NCBI GenBank assembly: GCA_043800535.1 | Contig: JAZDMV010000023.1 | Location: 27,264-91,263, forward strand | DNA from: a bacterium | GTDB lineage: Bacteria; Patescibacteriota; Minisyncoccia; Portnoybacterales; GWB1-42-6 | Direction: 5' to 3' | Length of the DNA: 64,000 nucleotides | Shown: piece after piece, positions 8,592-18,976 of the stretch | How the letters are laid out: every line of letters begins with the position of its first letter | How positions within the stretch are numbered: position 1 is the first letter of the stretch | Notes under the pieces: generated by a model | Database searches by the model: none | Seen by the model: the letters and a program-made list of their open reading frames with translations, nothing else | What the model was told of the DNA's origin: nothing | Made by a program: the position numbers and the translations under genes

Positions 8592-9512
8592 TCATTTTTC
8601 CATCGCTAATTCGATCAACCTGTCCAGCAGTTCCGGAAAGCTAATTCCTGCTGCCGCGGCTGCCTGCGGCACAAGCGATGTTTCGGTCATGCCCGGAATC
8701 GTGTTTATTTCAAGCACAAACGGTTTTGAGCCGTGTAAGATCATATCTGTCCTCGTCACGCCGCGACACCCGAGGCTCATGTGCGTTTTCACTGCCAGTG
8801 CCTGTATTTTTTTTGTCAAAACCGAGTCAATGCGAGCGGGACAAATTTCTTCCGAGCCGCCCTTGTCATACTTTGCTTTGTAATCAAAAAAACAGGAGAC
8901 TTTGGGCTTTATCTCAATAACCGGCAAGGCGCGGGGCTTGCTGTTGCCAAGAACCGCAACGGTCATCTCGCGACCTTCAATAAAATCCTCAACCAAAACT
9001 TTTTGCCCGAAAACCATCGCTTTTTTTATCGCACCCTTGAATTGTCCCGGCCCTTGCACAATTGTCACGCCGACAGACGAACCCTGCGCCAGCGGTTTGA
9101 CAACGCAGGGAAACTTTACTTTTTTCAGCGAAATGTGATTGTTTTTTGCAAAAATAAAATATTTTGGGCTGGCGATTTTTTCCTTCTTGAAAATCTTTTT
9201 TGCCATCTCTTTGTCCATCGCTAAAGCCGAAGCCAAAACGCCGGAAAAGACATAAGGTATCCCAAACAATTCAAACATCCCTTGAATCGTGCCGTCCTCG
9301 CCAAAAGAGCCGTGCAAAGCCGGGAAAACTACATCAACTTTTTTTCTTCTCAAAAGATCAACCAGCTTGAGCAGGTGTTTTGCCGGATCAAACAAAAAAA
9401 CCTCGTACTTATCTTTGGCGAGATTCTTCTTTATCATCTGCCCGGTCTTAATTGAAATATCCCGCTCGGCTGATTTCCCTCCGCTCAGCAAAGCGACTCT
9501 AATTTTTTTCAT
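8592..9512 (-). CDS. ddl: D-alanine--D-alanine ligase.
   Basis: The sequence MKKIRVALLSGGKSAERDISIKTG...HGSFGEDGTIQG shows an ATP-grasp ligase pattern. Confidence 0.85.
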   Translation of the reverse strand: MKKIRVALLSGGKSAERDISIKTGQMIKKNLAKDKYEVFLFDPAKHLLKLVDLLRRKKVDVVFPALHGSFGEDGTIQGMFELFGIPYVFSGVLASALAMDKEMAKKIFKKEKIASPKYFIFAKNNHISLKKVKFPCVVKPLAQGSSVGVTIVQGPGQFKGAIKKAMVFGQKVLVEDFIEGREMTVAVLGNSKPRALPVIEIKPKVSCFFDYKAKYDKGGSEEICPARIDSVLTKKIQALAVKTHMSLGCRGVTRTDMILHGSKPFVLEINTIPGMTETSLVPQAAAAAGISFPELLDRLIELAMEK

Positions 9513-9518
9513 GTCTCG

Positions 9519-10811
9519 CTATTTTTTCTCAATTTTCTTAAACCCGCATAAATCGCGCAAAACTTTAGGAATTTCCACGCTTCCGTCTTTTTGCTGACAA
9601 TTTTCCAAAATCGCGATTAAGATCCTGGGCGAAGCAATAACCGTATTGTTTAACGTATGGACGTATTTTGCGACACCTTCGGCATCTTTATATTTTATAT
9701 TCAGACGCCGCGCCTGCCAATCCGTTAAATTGGAATCCGAATGCGTCTCTCCGTATTTGCCGCGCGAAGGCATCCAAGTTTCAATATCGTACATCTTATA
9801 TTTGCCCGCCCCCATATCGCCGGTACTGCTCAAAATAACATGATACGGCAGCTTCAAATCCCGCAGAACACCCTCTGAAATTTCTCGCATTTTTTCAAGC
9901 CAACCGCTTGATTCGTTAATATCATTCTTGCAAAGCACAACTTGTTCCACTTTCATAAATTCATGCACTCGATAGAGACCTTTTGTGTCCTTGCCATAAC
10001 TGCCGATCTCGGAACGATAGCTCTGCGAAAATCCGCAAACTTTTATCGGCAGATCTTTTTCGTTCAAAGTTTTATCGGAAAAATATGCCAAAAGCGTCGG
10101 CTCTGATGTTCCAGCAAGATAAAGCGGATCTTCTATCACCTCGCCGCTTACCAGTTTGCCCGGGTTGCCAATTTGATATATTTCGTCTTTTCCAAACGGG
10201 AAATGTCCGCTGCCAAACAAAACAAAATCTTTAATAAGTGTTGGGCCAAGCAGCGGTGAAAAACCGCTTTTAATCATTCTCTGCCAGCAGTACCAAATAA
10301 CCGCAAGATGCAGCCGCGCCCCTTCATTTTTTAGATAATAGCCGCGGAACCCGGAAACTTTAACCCCTGCCTCCGTGTCAATAATATCCAGATCGCGGCC
10401 CAGATCCATATGGTCTTTTATTTCAAAATCAAACTCCGGCAAATCGCCCCATTTAGCCACTTCCTTATTTGCTGATTCATCTTCGCCAACAGGCGCGTCT
10501 TGCGCGGGAATATTTGGCACAAGCATCATTAAATAACTATATTCTTTTTCAACGACGGCCAGTTTTCTTTCAAACTCCTTAAATCTTTCTTTCAATTCTT
10601 TTGATTTTTCCAGAAGAGATTCGTTTTTTTCCTTTGCCAGCTCTTTGGAAAACTTATTCTGCTCCGCCTTCAGGGCTTCTGACTTCTGAATTAGATTACG
10701 CCGATTTTGGTCCAATTCCAAAAGCCGGTCTATATCAACCTTCAAAAACTTCTTCTTAACCGCGTCTTTTACCAGATCAGCGTTTTGGCGGATGAATTTA
10801 ATGTCCAGCAT
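9519..10811 (-). CDS. serS: Seryl-tRNA synthetase.
   Basis: An N-terminal coiled coil (MLDIKFIRQN...) is followed by a class II catalytic core. Confidence 0.85.
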   Translation of the reverse strand: MLDIKFIRQNADLVKDAVKKKFLKVDIDRLLELDQNRRNLIQKSEALKAEQNKFSKELAKEKNESLLEKSKELKERFKEFERKLAVVEKEYSYLMMLVPNIPAQDAPVGEDESANKEVAKWGDLPEFDFEIKDHMDLGRDLDIIDTEAGVKVSGFRGYYLKNEGARLHLAVIWYCWQRMIKSGFSPLLGPTLIKDFVLFGSGHFPFGKDEIYQIGNPGKLVSGEVIEDPLYLAGTSEPTLLAYFSDKTLNEKDLPIKVCGFSQSYRSEIGSYGKDTKGLYRVHEFMKVEQVVLCKNDINESSGWLEKMREISEGVLRDLKLPYHVILSSTGDMGAGKYKMYDIETWMPSRGKYGETHSDSNLTDWQARRLNIKYKDAEGVAKYVHTLNNTVIASPRILIAILENCQQKDGSVEIPKVLRDLCGFKKIEKK

Positions 10812-10931
10812 ACATTAACAGATTAAACACGGATTTATTACGGATTTTACACAAATTACACGGATTCCGCTAACTGACAGATTTATATATGTAATCTGCG
10901 CCCATCAGTAAACAATCTGTGTGGCATCTAT

Positions 10932-12371
10932 TTATTTTGGCTTCATCGTCGGAAACAAAATTACTTCTCGGATATTAAAACTGTTTGTCAAAAGTTGAAC
11001 GAGCCGGTCAACCCCCAAGCCAAGGCCGGCGGCGGGCGGCATGCCGTATTCCAGCGCGTCTATAAAGTCCTGGTCAAAACGTTGCACGTCTTCGTCTCCA
11101 CGATGCGCTTCCTGCTCTTTCATTCTTTTTGCCTGCTCAATCGGGTCATTAAGTTCAGAATACGCGTTCATCAATTCAAGCCCTCCCGCAATAAACTGGA
11201 ATCTGGCCGCCTCCTTTGGATTTTTTTCGGACTCTTTTGCCAGAGGCGACATTTCAAGCGGATGATTTGTGACAAAGGTCGGCTGGATGATTTTTGGCCT
11301 GATAGTTTTGAATAGCTCGTCTGTCAGCTTGCAATCATGCATATCATTTTCGGCTTTGCCTCCCGCTTTGGCCAACGCCGCTTCCAGTTCCCCCCGGCCT
11401 GCTCTTCCGATATCCAGGCCGTAATGTTCCATTATTAAATCACACATAGAAACTCTTTTAAACGGCGGCGAAAAATTTATTTTTTGTCCCTGAAATTCAA
11501 TTTCTTTATGTGGTATCAAAAATTCAAATAATTTTTCAACCAGTGCAATTAAATCTTCGTAGTCGGCGTACGCCCAGTAAAATTCCAGCATCGTAAAATC
11601 AGGATTGTGAAGCTTATCCATCCCTTCATTGCGAAAACAGCGACCGATTTCATAAACTTTTTCAAACCCACCCACTAGTAGTCTTTTAAGGTATAGTTCC
11701 GGCGCCACTCGCATGAAAAGTTGCATATCAAGCGCATTTAAATGAGTGACAAAAGGATTTGCCAGCGCGCCGCCCGGCAGGGGCTGCAGGATCGGCGTCT
11801 CTACTTCAACAAAATCTTCCGAATCAAAAAAGGTGCGCAAACCTCGGATTATCTTGCTCCGCAGCAGAAAACGGCGCAAAACATCCTTATTCATCAGCAA
11901 ATCAAGATACCGCTTACGGAATCTTTCTTCAACGTCTTTCAGGCCGTGCCATTTTTCCGGCAGCTGATTCATGGATTTTGCAAGAAGCTGGAATTTTTTA
12001 ACCAAAAGTGTACGCTCGCCTTTCTGGGTCTTAAAAGGCTCGCCCGAAACCCAAATAAAATCACCGACATCAATATTGTCGGCAAAAAAATCATAATCTT
12101 TTTCTCCTATTTCATCTTTTTTAAAAAAAAGCTGGATTTGGCCAGAAGAATCCTCGATGTTGGCAAAGGTTGAGCCGCCGTGGCCACGAAGCGAGCGCAG
12201 GCGGCCAGCCAGGCTAACATGCATCTTTTCTTTTTCCAAAATATCAAATTCATCAAGAACTTCCGCAACAGACATTTTTGTGCCGGTTTTGCCCGGATAC
12301 GGATTTACGCCGGCGGCTTTGATTTGCTCCAGTTTTTTCAGCCGGTCAGATTTTATTTTATCTAAAGACAT
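10932..12371 (-). CDS. lysS: Lysyl-tRNA synthetase (class II).
   Basis: An OB-fold anticodon-binding domain is followed by class II motifs. The length of 479 aa is appropriate. Confidence 0.85.
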   Translation of the reverse strand: MSLDKIKSDRLKKLEQIKAAGVNPYPGKTGTKMSVAEVLDEFDILEKEKMHVSLAGRLRSLRGHGGSTFANIEDSSGQIQLFFKKDEIGEKDYDFFADNIDVGDFIWVSGEPFKTQKGERTLLVKKFQLLAKSMNQLPEKWHGLKDVEERFRKRYLDLLMNKDVLRRFLLRSKIIRGLRTFFDSEDFVEVETPILQPLPGGALANPFVTHLNALDMQLFMRVAPELYLKRLLVGGFEKVYEIGRCFRNEGMDKLHNPDFTMLEFYWAYADYEDLIALVEKLFEFLIPHKEIEFQGQKINFSPPFKRVSMCDLIMEHYGLDIGRAGRGELEAALAKAGGKAENDMHDCKLTDELFKTIRPKIIQPTFVTNHPLEMSPLAKESEKNPKEAARFQFIAGGLELMNAYSELNDPIEQAKRMKEQEAHRGDEDVQRFDQDFIDALEYGMPPAAGLGLGVDRLVQLLTNSFNIREVILFPTMKPK

Positions 12372-12657
12372 AAATATTATGTAAAAAATACTAACTGCGA
12401 ATAAATTAATCTACTCTTGCATCTGAAAATTTTGCAAGAAAATCGCGGCAAGACGAGCGTAGCGAGAAGTTTACGAAGTAATTTTTAGTGAGACAAGCTA
12501 TGATTTTATCAAAATTTTCAGCTGCAAGCAGTCTTTTGGCTACCCCGGCACCAGAACGCCTATGGCGTTCGGTGCGGGGCATGCTTTTCTACTTTACCCC
12601 GTACCGAGCTTGCTCTGGTACTGGGGCTGCCAGAAAAGTAGCTCCTACGGAAAAAAA

Positions 12658-13107
12658 TTACTTAATAGATATTATTTTATATGTCGCCTTGCCTCTAGGT
12701 GTTTCCACTTCCACCATCTCCCCCACCTTGCGCCCCAGAAATGCTTTTCCGAGCGGCGATTCATTTGATATTTTGCCATCAGATGGCTTTGCTTCTTCAG
12801 AACCAACAATGGTAAAATTGTATTTTTCGCCCTGCGAACTCACTTCAATAGTGCCTCCGATCTGCACAGCTGAACTTCCGCCGTTTTTGCTGATGACAAC
12901 GGCATTTTTAAGCAATTCTTCCAGCTCTAAAATTTTGCCCTCGTTAAACGACTGGGCTTCTTTGGCCTGCAAATATTCCGTATTTTCAGATAGATCACCC
13001 AAAGATTTAGCGTCTTCAAGGCGCTGTGCTATTTCCTGCCGTTTGAGCTTTAGCTCCTCCAGCTCTTTTTTTATCTGCTCCAATCCTTCTTTGCTGAGAT
13101 ATTTCAT
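12658..13107 (-). CDS. greA: Transcription elongation factor GreA.
   Basis: A coiled-coil N-terminus (LEDAKSLGDLSENTEY) is followed by a GreA C-terminal domain. Confidence 0.85.
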   Translation of the reverse strand: MKYLSKEGLEQIKKELEELKLKRQEIAQRLEDAKSLGDLSENTEYLQAKEAQSFNEGKILELEELLKNAVVISKNGGSSAVQIGGTIEVSSQGEKYNFTIVGSEEAKPSDGKISNESPLGKAFLGRKVGEMVEVETPRGKATYKIISIK

Positions 13108-13209
13108 ATTATTGACGGATTATGCGAATGGCTTCGCCTGCAAATCTTGCGAATAATTATTCGCATAATTAGCAACCGTAGCAACGACATTCGCGCTATT
13201 CGTTAACCT

Positions 13210-15147
13210 CTACCTTGTAAAATAATATTTAAATACTTGATTGGCCACGGGCACCGCATAGGAAGATCCCTCGCCTGCGTTTTCAAGCATGATCACCAAA
13301 GCAACCTTCGGATCATCATACGGCGCAAATCCGACAAACCAGGCGTTTTCCCGCGCCTGGCCTGCAACCTGAGCGGTCCCTGTTTTGCCTGCCACTTTAA
13401 CTGGCAAGTCATTGAGCGCCGCCGCTGAACCGCTTGTCACTGCTTCGCGCATGCCCTTTCTCACCGCTATCAGATTGTCACTGTTCACAAGATTTTCGCG
13501 CCTCACCTGCGGTTCAAACACTTTAATACTATTTTTATCTGAATCTACGATTTTGTCAACCAGGCGCGGCACAAACAGTTTCCCTCCGTTGGCAACTGCG
13601 GAAATTGCAGACGCCATCTGAAGCGGCGTAACCAGCAAGTCGCCCTGGCCTATTGATACATGATATGTATCGCCGATAAACCAGCTTTCATTTTTTGCTT
13701 TTTGCTTCCATTCACCATCCGGAACAAGACCGGTTTTCTCACCAGGCAAATCAATGCCCGTCAGCTCTCCTAAGCCAAACAGGTTTAAATATTTTTTGAT
13801 CCGGTCAATTCCGAGCCCGTCTATGTTTCCCCAGCCGCCGCCGACTGTGTAAAAATAAACATCGCATGACTGGGCAATGGCCGAATATAGATTGACCGAA
13901 CCGTGCGCCTTCCAGTCCGGAAAATTATAAACGATGCTCGGATTAAATTGACTGACAATAGTTATCTGGCCCGCGTCATAAATCACGGTTGATGGCGTCA
14001 CCACTTTTTCCTGCAGGGCCGCCGCCGCCATCATCGGTTTTATCGTTGAGCCCGAGGCATACTGGCCGGCGATCGCCCGATCAAACAATGGCCCCGATGG
14101 GTCTTCATACAATTTATTCAGATCTCCTGGGTCGGTATTTTTTTCAAAAAGATTATTATCAAAGCTCGGCAAACTGACCAGCCCGAGAATTTCGCCGCTT
14201 TGAACATCCATTGCCACGGCCGAAGCGCGGCTGATATTTAAGTTTTTTGCCATCCCCCTGAGCTCTGAAAAAATCTTTTGCTGCAAGCCCAAATCAATGC
14301 TCGTCACTATGTTTTGACCTGCTATCGGTTCTTTTACTCCCATCTCTTTAATTTGACGCCCAAAAGCGTCAATCTCCGCCAATTGCTCTCCTGCTTGCCC
14401 CTTGAGAATATCCTCATATTGCGCCTCCAGCCCGCTTTTGCCTAATCGATCGCTAAATTCGTAATTATCAGGCAGGCTCTCAATTTCTTCTTTCGTGACG
14501 CGGCCTGTATAGCCAAGGATGTGACTTAATGTTTCTGCAAATGGGTATTGGCGGACTACTCCTTTTTCCAGGCGCAGGGCAGGAAAATCCTGCAGCCGCG
14601 ACTCCAGGTCCAGAATTTTTTCCTGCTCAAGGTCGGAGACCAAAAGTATCCGCTGATTTTTTTCAAAATTAAATTCAACAAGTTCTTGATTTATATCCCG
14701 GGGGTTCAAGCCCAATAAAAAACTTATCTGCTCAATCATTGTGTCACGCTCTACTTTATCCTTGGGCAGATCCTGAGGCAAAAGAAAAATATCAAAACTG
14801 GGCATATTATTCACCAACACCTCCAAATCCCGGCTATAAATTAGCCCTCTTGGCGCCATCACAGGATAAGCCCGTAAGCTATTACGTTCTGCCAATTTTC
14901 CATAAAGCTCGTCTTTTAAAATCTGCAGATACCCCGCTCTTCCTGCCAACATAAGAAGCGCCAAAACAATTAGCCCAAAAAACAACAAAAAAATCCTCGG
15001 CCGCAAAGGGGTTTCTATTCTTTGCTCGGCAAAATCAGCCGATTTTTCAGCATCCAACAAAACTTCTTCTGCTTCAATATCTTCCCCAAACGAACGTTTT
15101 ATCTTCAGGCCTTTCAACTCTTTTTTAAATTCGGATAAGTAGTCCAT
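13210..15147 (-). CDS. mrdA: Penicillin-binding protein 2 / peptidoglycan D,D-transpeptidase (MrdA-like).
   Basis: An SGSTIKP (SxxK) motif is present within a transpeptidase domain. The gene lies downstream of mreBCD. Confidence 0.8.
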   Translation of the reverse strand: MDYLSEFKKELKGLKIKRSFGEDIEAEEVLLDAEKSADFAEQRIETPLRPRIFLLFFGLIVLALLMLAGRAGYLQILKDELYGKLAERNSLRAYPVMAPRGLIYSRDLEVLVNNMPSFDIFLLPQDLPKDKVERDTMIEQISFLLGLNPRDINQELVEFNFEKNQRILLVSDLEQEKILDLESRLQDFPALRLEKGVVRQYPFAETLSHILGYTGRVTKEEIESLPDNYEFSDRLGKSGLEAQYEDILKGQAGEQLAEIDAFGRQIKEMGVKEPIAGQNIVTSIDLGLQQKIFSELRGMAKNLNISRASAVAMDVQSGEILGLVSLPSFDNNLFEKNTDPGDLNKLYEDPSGPLFDRAIAGQYASGSTIKPMMAAAALQEKVVTPSTVIYDAGQITIVSQFNPSIVYNFPDWKAHGSVNLYSAIAQSCDVYFYTVGGGWGNIDGLGIDRIKKYLNLFGLGELTGIDLPGEKTGLVPDGEWKQKAKNESWFIGDTYHVSIGQGDLLVTPLQMASAISAVANGGKLFVPRLVDKIVDSDKNSIKVFEPQVRRENLVNSDNLIAVRKGMREAVTSGSAAALNDLPVKVAGKTGTAQVAGQARENAWFVGFAPYDDPKVALVIMLENAGEGSSYAVPVANQVFKYYFTR

Positions 15148-15631
15148 TTATTTTTTTATAAATTAAAAGCATCGCGAACGAAAACAAAATATTCAACGCC
15201 ACCTCTAAGGGAACAATCCGCCAAAGCGCGAACCAGAAATAGACCTGACTACCAGAGGAAACCCAATAAAAAAATTTTATCAAAAATATATTTAATATGC
15301 TAAATGTCGTGCATGCCAAAACAATCAGCGTGGCCTGACCGAAAAGATCCGTCATTTTCAGAATATTTTTGCCCAAAACCGAGGCGAGCCAGCCGACGAA
15401 CACAAAACTCAGTGAATAAACGCCAAACGCTTCGCTTGAAAATAAATCAAGCGCTAACCCGACTGCAAGCGCCCATACAAGAACTGATGGCGTGTCTTTT
15501 TTTATAACCAATATCAAAGCGGCCGCGAACAAAAAATTCGGGGACACGCCAAAAATATTCAGACGAGGCGCAAAAGCCAGCTGAAAAATTAAAAGCAAAA
15601 AAAATATTAAAAAAATAAAAAATGATTTCAT
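15125..15631 (-). CDS. mreD: Rod shape-determining protein MreD.
   Basis: A small polytopic membrane protein located between mreC and pbp2. It overlaps the pbp2 start by 23 nt. Confidence 0.65.
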   Translation of the reverse strand: MKSFFIFLIFFLLLIFQLAFAPRLNIFGVSPNFLFAAALILVIKKDTPSVLVWALAVGLALDLFSSEAFGVYSLSFVFVGWLASVLGKNILKMTDLFGQATLIVLACTTFSILNIFLIKFFYWVSSGSQVYFWFALWRIVPLEVALNILFSFAMLLIYKKINGLLIRI

Positions 15632-15644
15632 ACGCTTACTCCCG

Positions 15645-16454
15645 CTATTCGGCCCCCAAAATCACTAATACCGACTCTATCTCCTTATAATTTATCAAGG
15701 GCTTAACTATAAATCTTTGGAATACTTCGCTTTCGCCAGAAATTTTCTTTTCTACCTTGCCGATGACGAGACCCCTCACTATTTTGCTGTCCAGGCCCGA
15801 AGACACAATTAATTCGCCCAGTTTTATCTCTTTTTCTGGCGGCACCATATCAAGAATAAGCCCGACCCCGTGGTCACCTTTTATTACGCCACCCTCTCTT
15901 GAATCCTGGCCCAGCACAAAAACAGTACTGTCAGAATCGGTCAAGGCAAGCACCTTGCTGGAATTTACGCTGACCTCCGCAACCTTTCCCACCAGAAACC
16001 CACCGGCAAAAATAACTGCCCGGCCTGTTTCAATGCCGTCATTTGAACCTCGGTCTATTAAAAAATACCTGCCCAAATTGCCCGGGTCAAAACCTATCAG
16101 ATGAGCCAACACGAGTTTCGATTTAAGCGCCGGCCTCATATCCAGTTGCTTGCGCAAAAAATCATTTTCCTGTTTGATTTCGGATAGATTTACAAGTTTT
16201 AAAATTAGTTCACGATTTTCCTGCTCCAGCTGCGAACTTTCCCGGATTATACTTTTTAGGTTAAAAGTTGCTCCAAAAACATCAGAAATCTTTATGCCCG
16301 CTGCCACAAACGGCCTGGCTATTGGAGCGGCGACTGAATAAAAAATCTTTTTTGGCCAGCCCAGCCACCCGATTGAATTAAAAAAAATCAGCAACGCAAT
16401 TGCTGCTAACAGGCCCCCAAGAATATAAAATTTTGAAAAATCATTTTTCCGCAT
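15645..16454 (-). CDS. mreC: Rod shape-determining protein MreC.
   Basis: An N-terminal TM, a coiled coil and MreC beta-domains are present, and the gene is downstream of mreB. Confidence 0.75.
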   Translation of the reverse strand: MRKNDFSKFYILGGLLAAIALLIFFNSIGWLGWPKKIFYSVAAPIARPFVAAGIKISDVFGATFNLKSIIRESSQLEQENRELILKLVNLSEIKQENDFLRKQLDMRPALKSKLVLAHLIGFDPGNLGRYFLIDRGSNDGIETGRAVIFAGGFLVGKVAEVSVNSSKVLALTDSDSTVFVLGQDSREGGVIKGDHGVGLILDMVPPEKEIKLGELIVSSGLDSKIVRGLVIGKVEKKISGESEVFQRFIVKPLINYKEIESVLVILGAE

Positions 16455-16489
16455 TTAAATTAACTGACTATTTTGCTATCTTGATTTTA

Positions 16490-17542
16490 CTATCTTGGCG
16501 GCTCCTGATATTGCGTTGTCACCAGAACATTTTTAACAGCGTCTATGTCTTCCAGAACCACTCCACAACCCCGCACAACTGCCGTTAACGGATCTTCCGT
16601 TATCTTAACCGGCATTTGCGTTTCCTGCGCCACAAGCTTATCCAGGCCACGCAATAAACTCCCGCCTCCAGCAAGAATAATTCCTCGCTCCATGATGTCG
16701 GCCACCACCTCCGGCGGCGCTTCTTCTATGGTTGAGCGGACAGCATTAACTATTGTTTTCACGGAACGCTTCATTGCTTCGCGAATATCATCAGAATCAG
16801 CGATTACTTCTTTGGGCAGGCCGGAGACAAGATCGCGGCCGCGAAGTGATGCTTCCATTTTATCTTCCAGAGGGAAAGCCGAACCAATAGCGATCTTAAC
16901 ATCTTCGGCGGTTTTCTCTCCAAGAAGCAATTTAAATTCGTCACGCGCATATTGTATGATATCTTCGTTTAGCTTGTCGCCCGCAATGCGCAAGCTTTTG
17001 CAGACCACTATCCCGCCAAGCGAAATGATCGCAACCTCGGTTGTCCCGCCGCCAATATCAACTATCATATTGCCGGCTGCTTCCTGCACGGGCAGGCGCG
17101 AGCCGATTGCCGCGGCCATCGGCTCTTCTATCAAATAAACTTCGCTTGCGCCGGCATTGCGTGTCGCGTCTTCAACCGCCCTTTTTTCAACCTCTGTAAC
17201 TCCCGAAGGCACGCCGATAACGACTCTTGGCCGTGAAAAAAATCTAAAGCCGGGCTTGCAAACCTGGCCTATAAAATATCTCAGCATTTGCTCCGTTATC
17301 TCAAAATCGGAAATTACGCCTTCAACCAGCGGCCGTGAAGCAACGATATGCCCGGGCGTTCTGCCGACCATTCTTTTGGCTTCTTGGCCTATTGCCAAAA
17401 TCTGGCCAGTCTTATTATTGACCGCCACCACCGACGGTTCATTAATAACAATACCCCGGCCTTTGACGTAAACCAGAGTATTGGCGGTTCCCAAATCAAT
17501 CCCGATGTCTTTTGAGAATTGACCGAGCAGTTTCGCAAACAT
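16490..17542 (-). CDS. mreB: Rod shape-determining protein MreB (actin homolog).
   Basis: DIGIDLGTANTLVYV...GGGTTEVAIISLGG are canonical MreB motifs. Confidence 0.9.
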   Translation of the reverse strand: MFAKLLGQFSKDIGIDLGTANTLVYVKGRGIVINEPSVVAVNNKTGQILAIGQEAKRMVGRTPGHIVASRPLVEGVISDFEITEQMLRYFIGQVCKPGFRFFSRPRVVIGVPSGVTEVEKRAVEDATRNAGASEVYLIEEPMAAAIGSRLPVQEAAGNMIVDIGGGTTEVAIISLGGIVVCKSLRIAGDKLNEDIIQYARDEFKLLLGEKTAEDVKIAIGSAFPLEDKMEASLRGRDLVSGLPKEVIADSDDIREAMKRSVKTIVNAVRSTIEEAPPEVVADIMERGIILAGGGSLLRGLDKLVAQETQMPVKITEDPLTAVVRGCGVVLEDIDAVKNVLVTTQYQEPPR

Positions 17543-17639
17543 AATACGACACCGTATCTAAAAATTAATACTTATTAAGTATAACACTTGAGCTTTTAGG
17601 GTCAATGACCTGCCGAATGAAATTTTTAAGAAAAGAAAA

Positions 17640-17670
17640 GGGCGGAATGAGAATTCTTCTCGTTCCGCCC
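17640..17670 (-). terminator. Rho-independent terminator downstream of rseP.
   Basis: Hairpin GGGCGGAAYGAGAA / TTCTCGTTCCGCCC, followed on the minus strand by TTTTCTTTTCTT. A second short GC hairpin with a T-run lies at 17725..17738. Confidence 0.55.
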
Positions 17671-17766
17671 ACATGATTTATAGCTTGTCGACTATATAAA
17701 GGTATGTCAATAGCTAACAAAAAAGCCCCTTTTGGGGCCTTTACGCCATGTTTCTAAAAATTTCTC

Positions 17767-18855
17767 TTAAAATATTTTCGTAATATCCCTGAAAGTAATG
17801 AAAACCATCAGCGCGATGAGCAGAGCAAAGCCGATAGAATTTACAAGATTAGCTGTCTTGGCTTTCATGGGCGAGCCTTTTATTTTTTCGATCAGCAGGA
17901 ACAGTCCCCTTCCGCCGTCAAGCGCCGGAAAAGGAAACGCGTTTATCACTGCCAAATTTATGGAAAGCATGGCAGTCAGTTGTAATAAATAAATAAATCC
18001 CATGGTCACCGCCTGACCAGTAATATTAAATATGCCGACCGGCCCGACAACATCAACTCCCGCCCTTCCGGTCTTAAACACATTTGCAATAATGAAAAAT
18101 AAAGTTGAAATTAAAAGCCAGGCAAGGGAGACAGTCGTCAAAAATCCCTGCCAGATGGCCTGATACCAGGACAGACGAATGTTAGCAACGCTAGCCATTT
18201 CAACGCCCAGTGGCCCCTCGTCCGAAGGCGGATTAGCCCTTGGAGCCATAACAAGTTCTATTTTTGAGCCACCACGCTCAATAACAACTTTCACCTCTTT
18301 CCCTTTTTCGCCTGCAATAAACTGCTGAAATTCGCTCGTCGTTTTGATACCGGCCAAAATCCGGCCTTCGGAATTCTTTACAGAAACAATAAAATCACCA
18401 GCCAGTATTCCGGCGTTAAAAGCCGGTGAATCCGCCGCCAGCCCCACTATCTGGAGTTTTGTATTCGGATATTGGCCGACCTGGCTTTCGTCAATGGCTG
18501 TGGGCAGACCGATAAAGTGGCCCAAAGAAAACAAAAAAACCGCCAGAAAAAAATTCATTAAAACACCGGCGAACAATATCCGTGCTTTCTGCCAGGCGCC
18601 TTTTGACATGAACGAACGCGGTTGGCTTGCACCTTCTCCTTCTTCGCCGTAAATTTTGACAAAGCCGCCAAGCGGTATCGCATTTATGGAATAGAGGGTT
18701 TCTCCTTTTTTTATTCCAAAGATCCTCGGCGGAAATCCAAAACCAAATTCATCCACCCTCACCCCGTTTCGCTTGGCAATCCAAAAATGCCCTAGCTCGT
18801 GGACAAAAACTAAAAGGCCAAGAATTAAAATGAATGTAATAATAGTTAAAACCAT
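17767..18855 (-). CDS. rseP: RIP metalloprotease RseP (site-2 protease, PDZ domain).
   Basis: A HELGH zinc motif sits in the first TM region, and a PDZ domain is present. Length is 362 aa. Confidence 0.8.
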   Translation of the reverse strand: MVLTIITFILILGLLVFVHELGHFWIAKRNGVRVDEFGFGFPPRIFGIKKGETLYSINAIPLGGFVKIYGEEGEGASQPRSFMSKGAWQKARILFAGVLMNFFLAVFLFSLGHFIGLPTAIDESQVGQYPNTKLQIVGLAADSPAFNAGILAGDFIVSVKNSEGRILAGIKTTSEFQQFIAGEKGKEVKVVIERGGSKIELVMAPRANPPSDEGPLGVEMASVANIRLSWYQAIWQGFLTTVSLAWLLISTLFFIIANVFKTGRAGVDVVGPVGIFNITGQAVTMGFIYLLQLTAMLSINLAVINAFPFPALDGGRGLFLLIEKIKGSPMKAKTANLVNSIGFALLIALMVFITFRDITKIF

Positions 18856-18892
18856 GAATTTCTATACTCAATCATTAATCCTTTTTAGACAC

Positions 18893-18972
18893 CCTACTAA
18901 TTTACTAATCTTTTACAAATATTACCAATAATACTAATAAATCCATATTTGCAGTATTTGTAAATTAGTAGA
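18893..18972. repeat. AT-rich palindromic intergenic element, family CCTACnAATTTACTAA...TTAGTAGG (copy 3, diverged).
   Basis: Shares the ACCCTACTAATTTACTAAT...TTTACAAATATTAC...ATTTGTAAATTAGTAG architecture with the elements at 30521..30600 and 32786..32880. Confidence 0.5.
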
Positions 18973-18976
18973 TAAA

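Noticed and set aside
12488-13156. A 222-aa plus-strand ORF, and similar long antisense ORFs at 16545..17138, 24811..25557, 36448..37131 and 49601..50233.
   Set aside because: Each is entirely antisense to a well-supported conserved gene (greA, mreB, the mreB paralog, the FtsA-like gene and secD). Their amino-acid composition is Ser/Pro/Arg-rich, which is typical of shadow ORFs.
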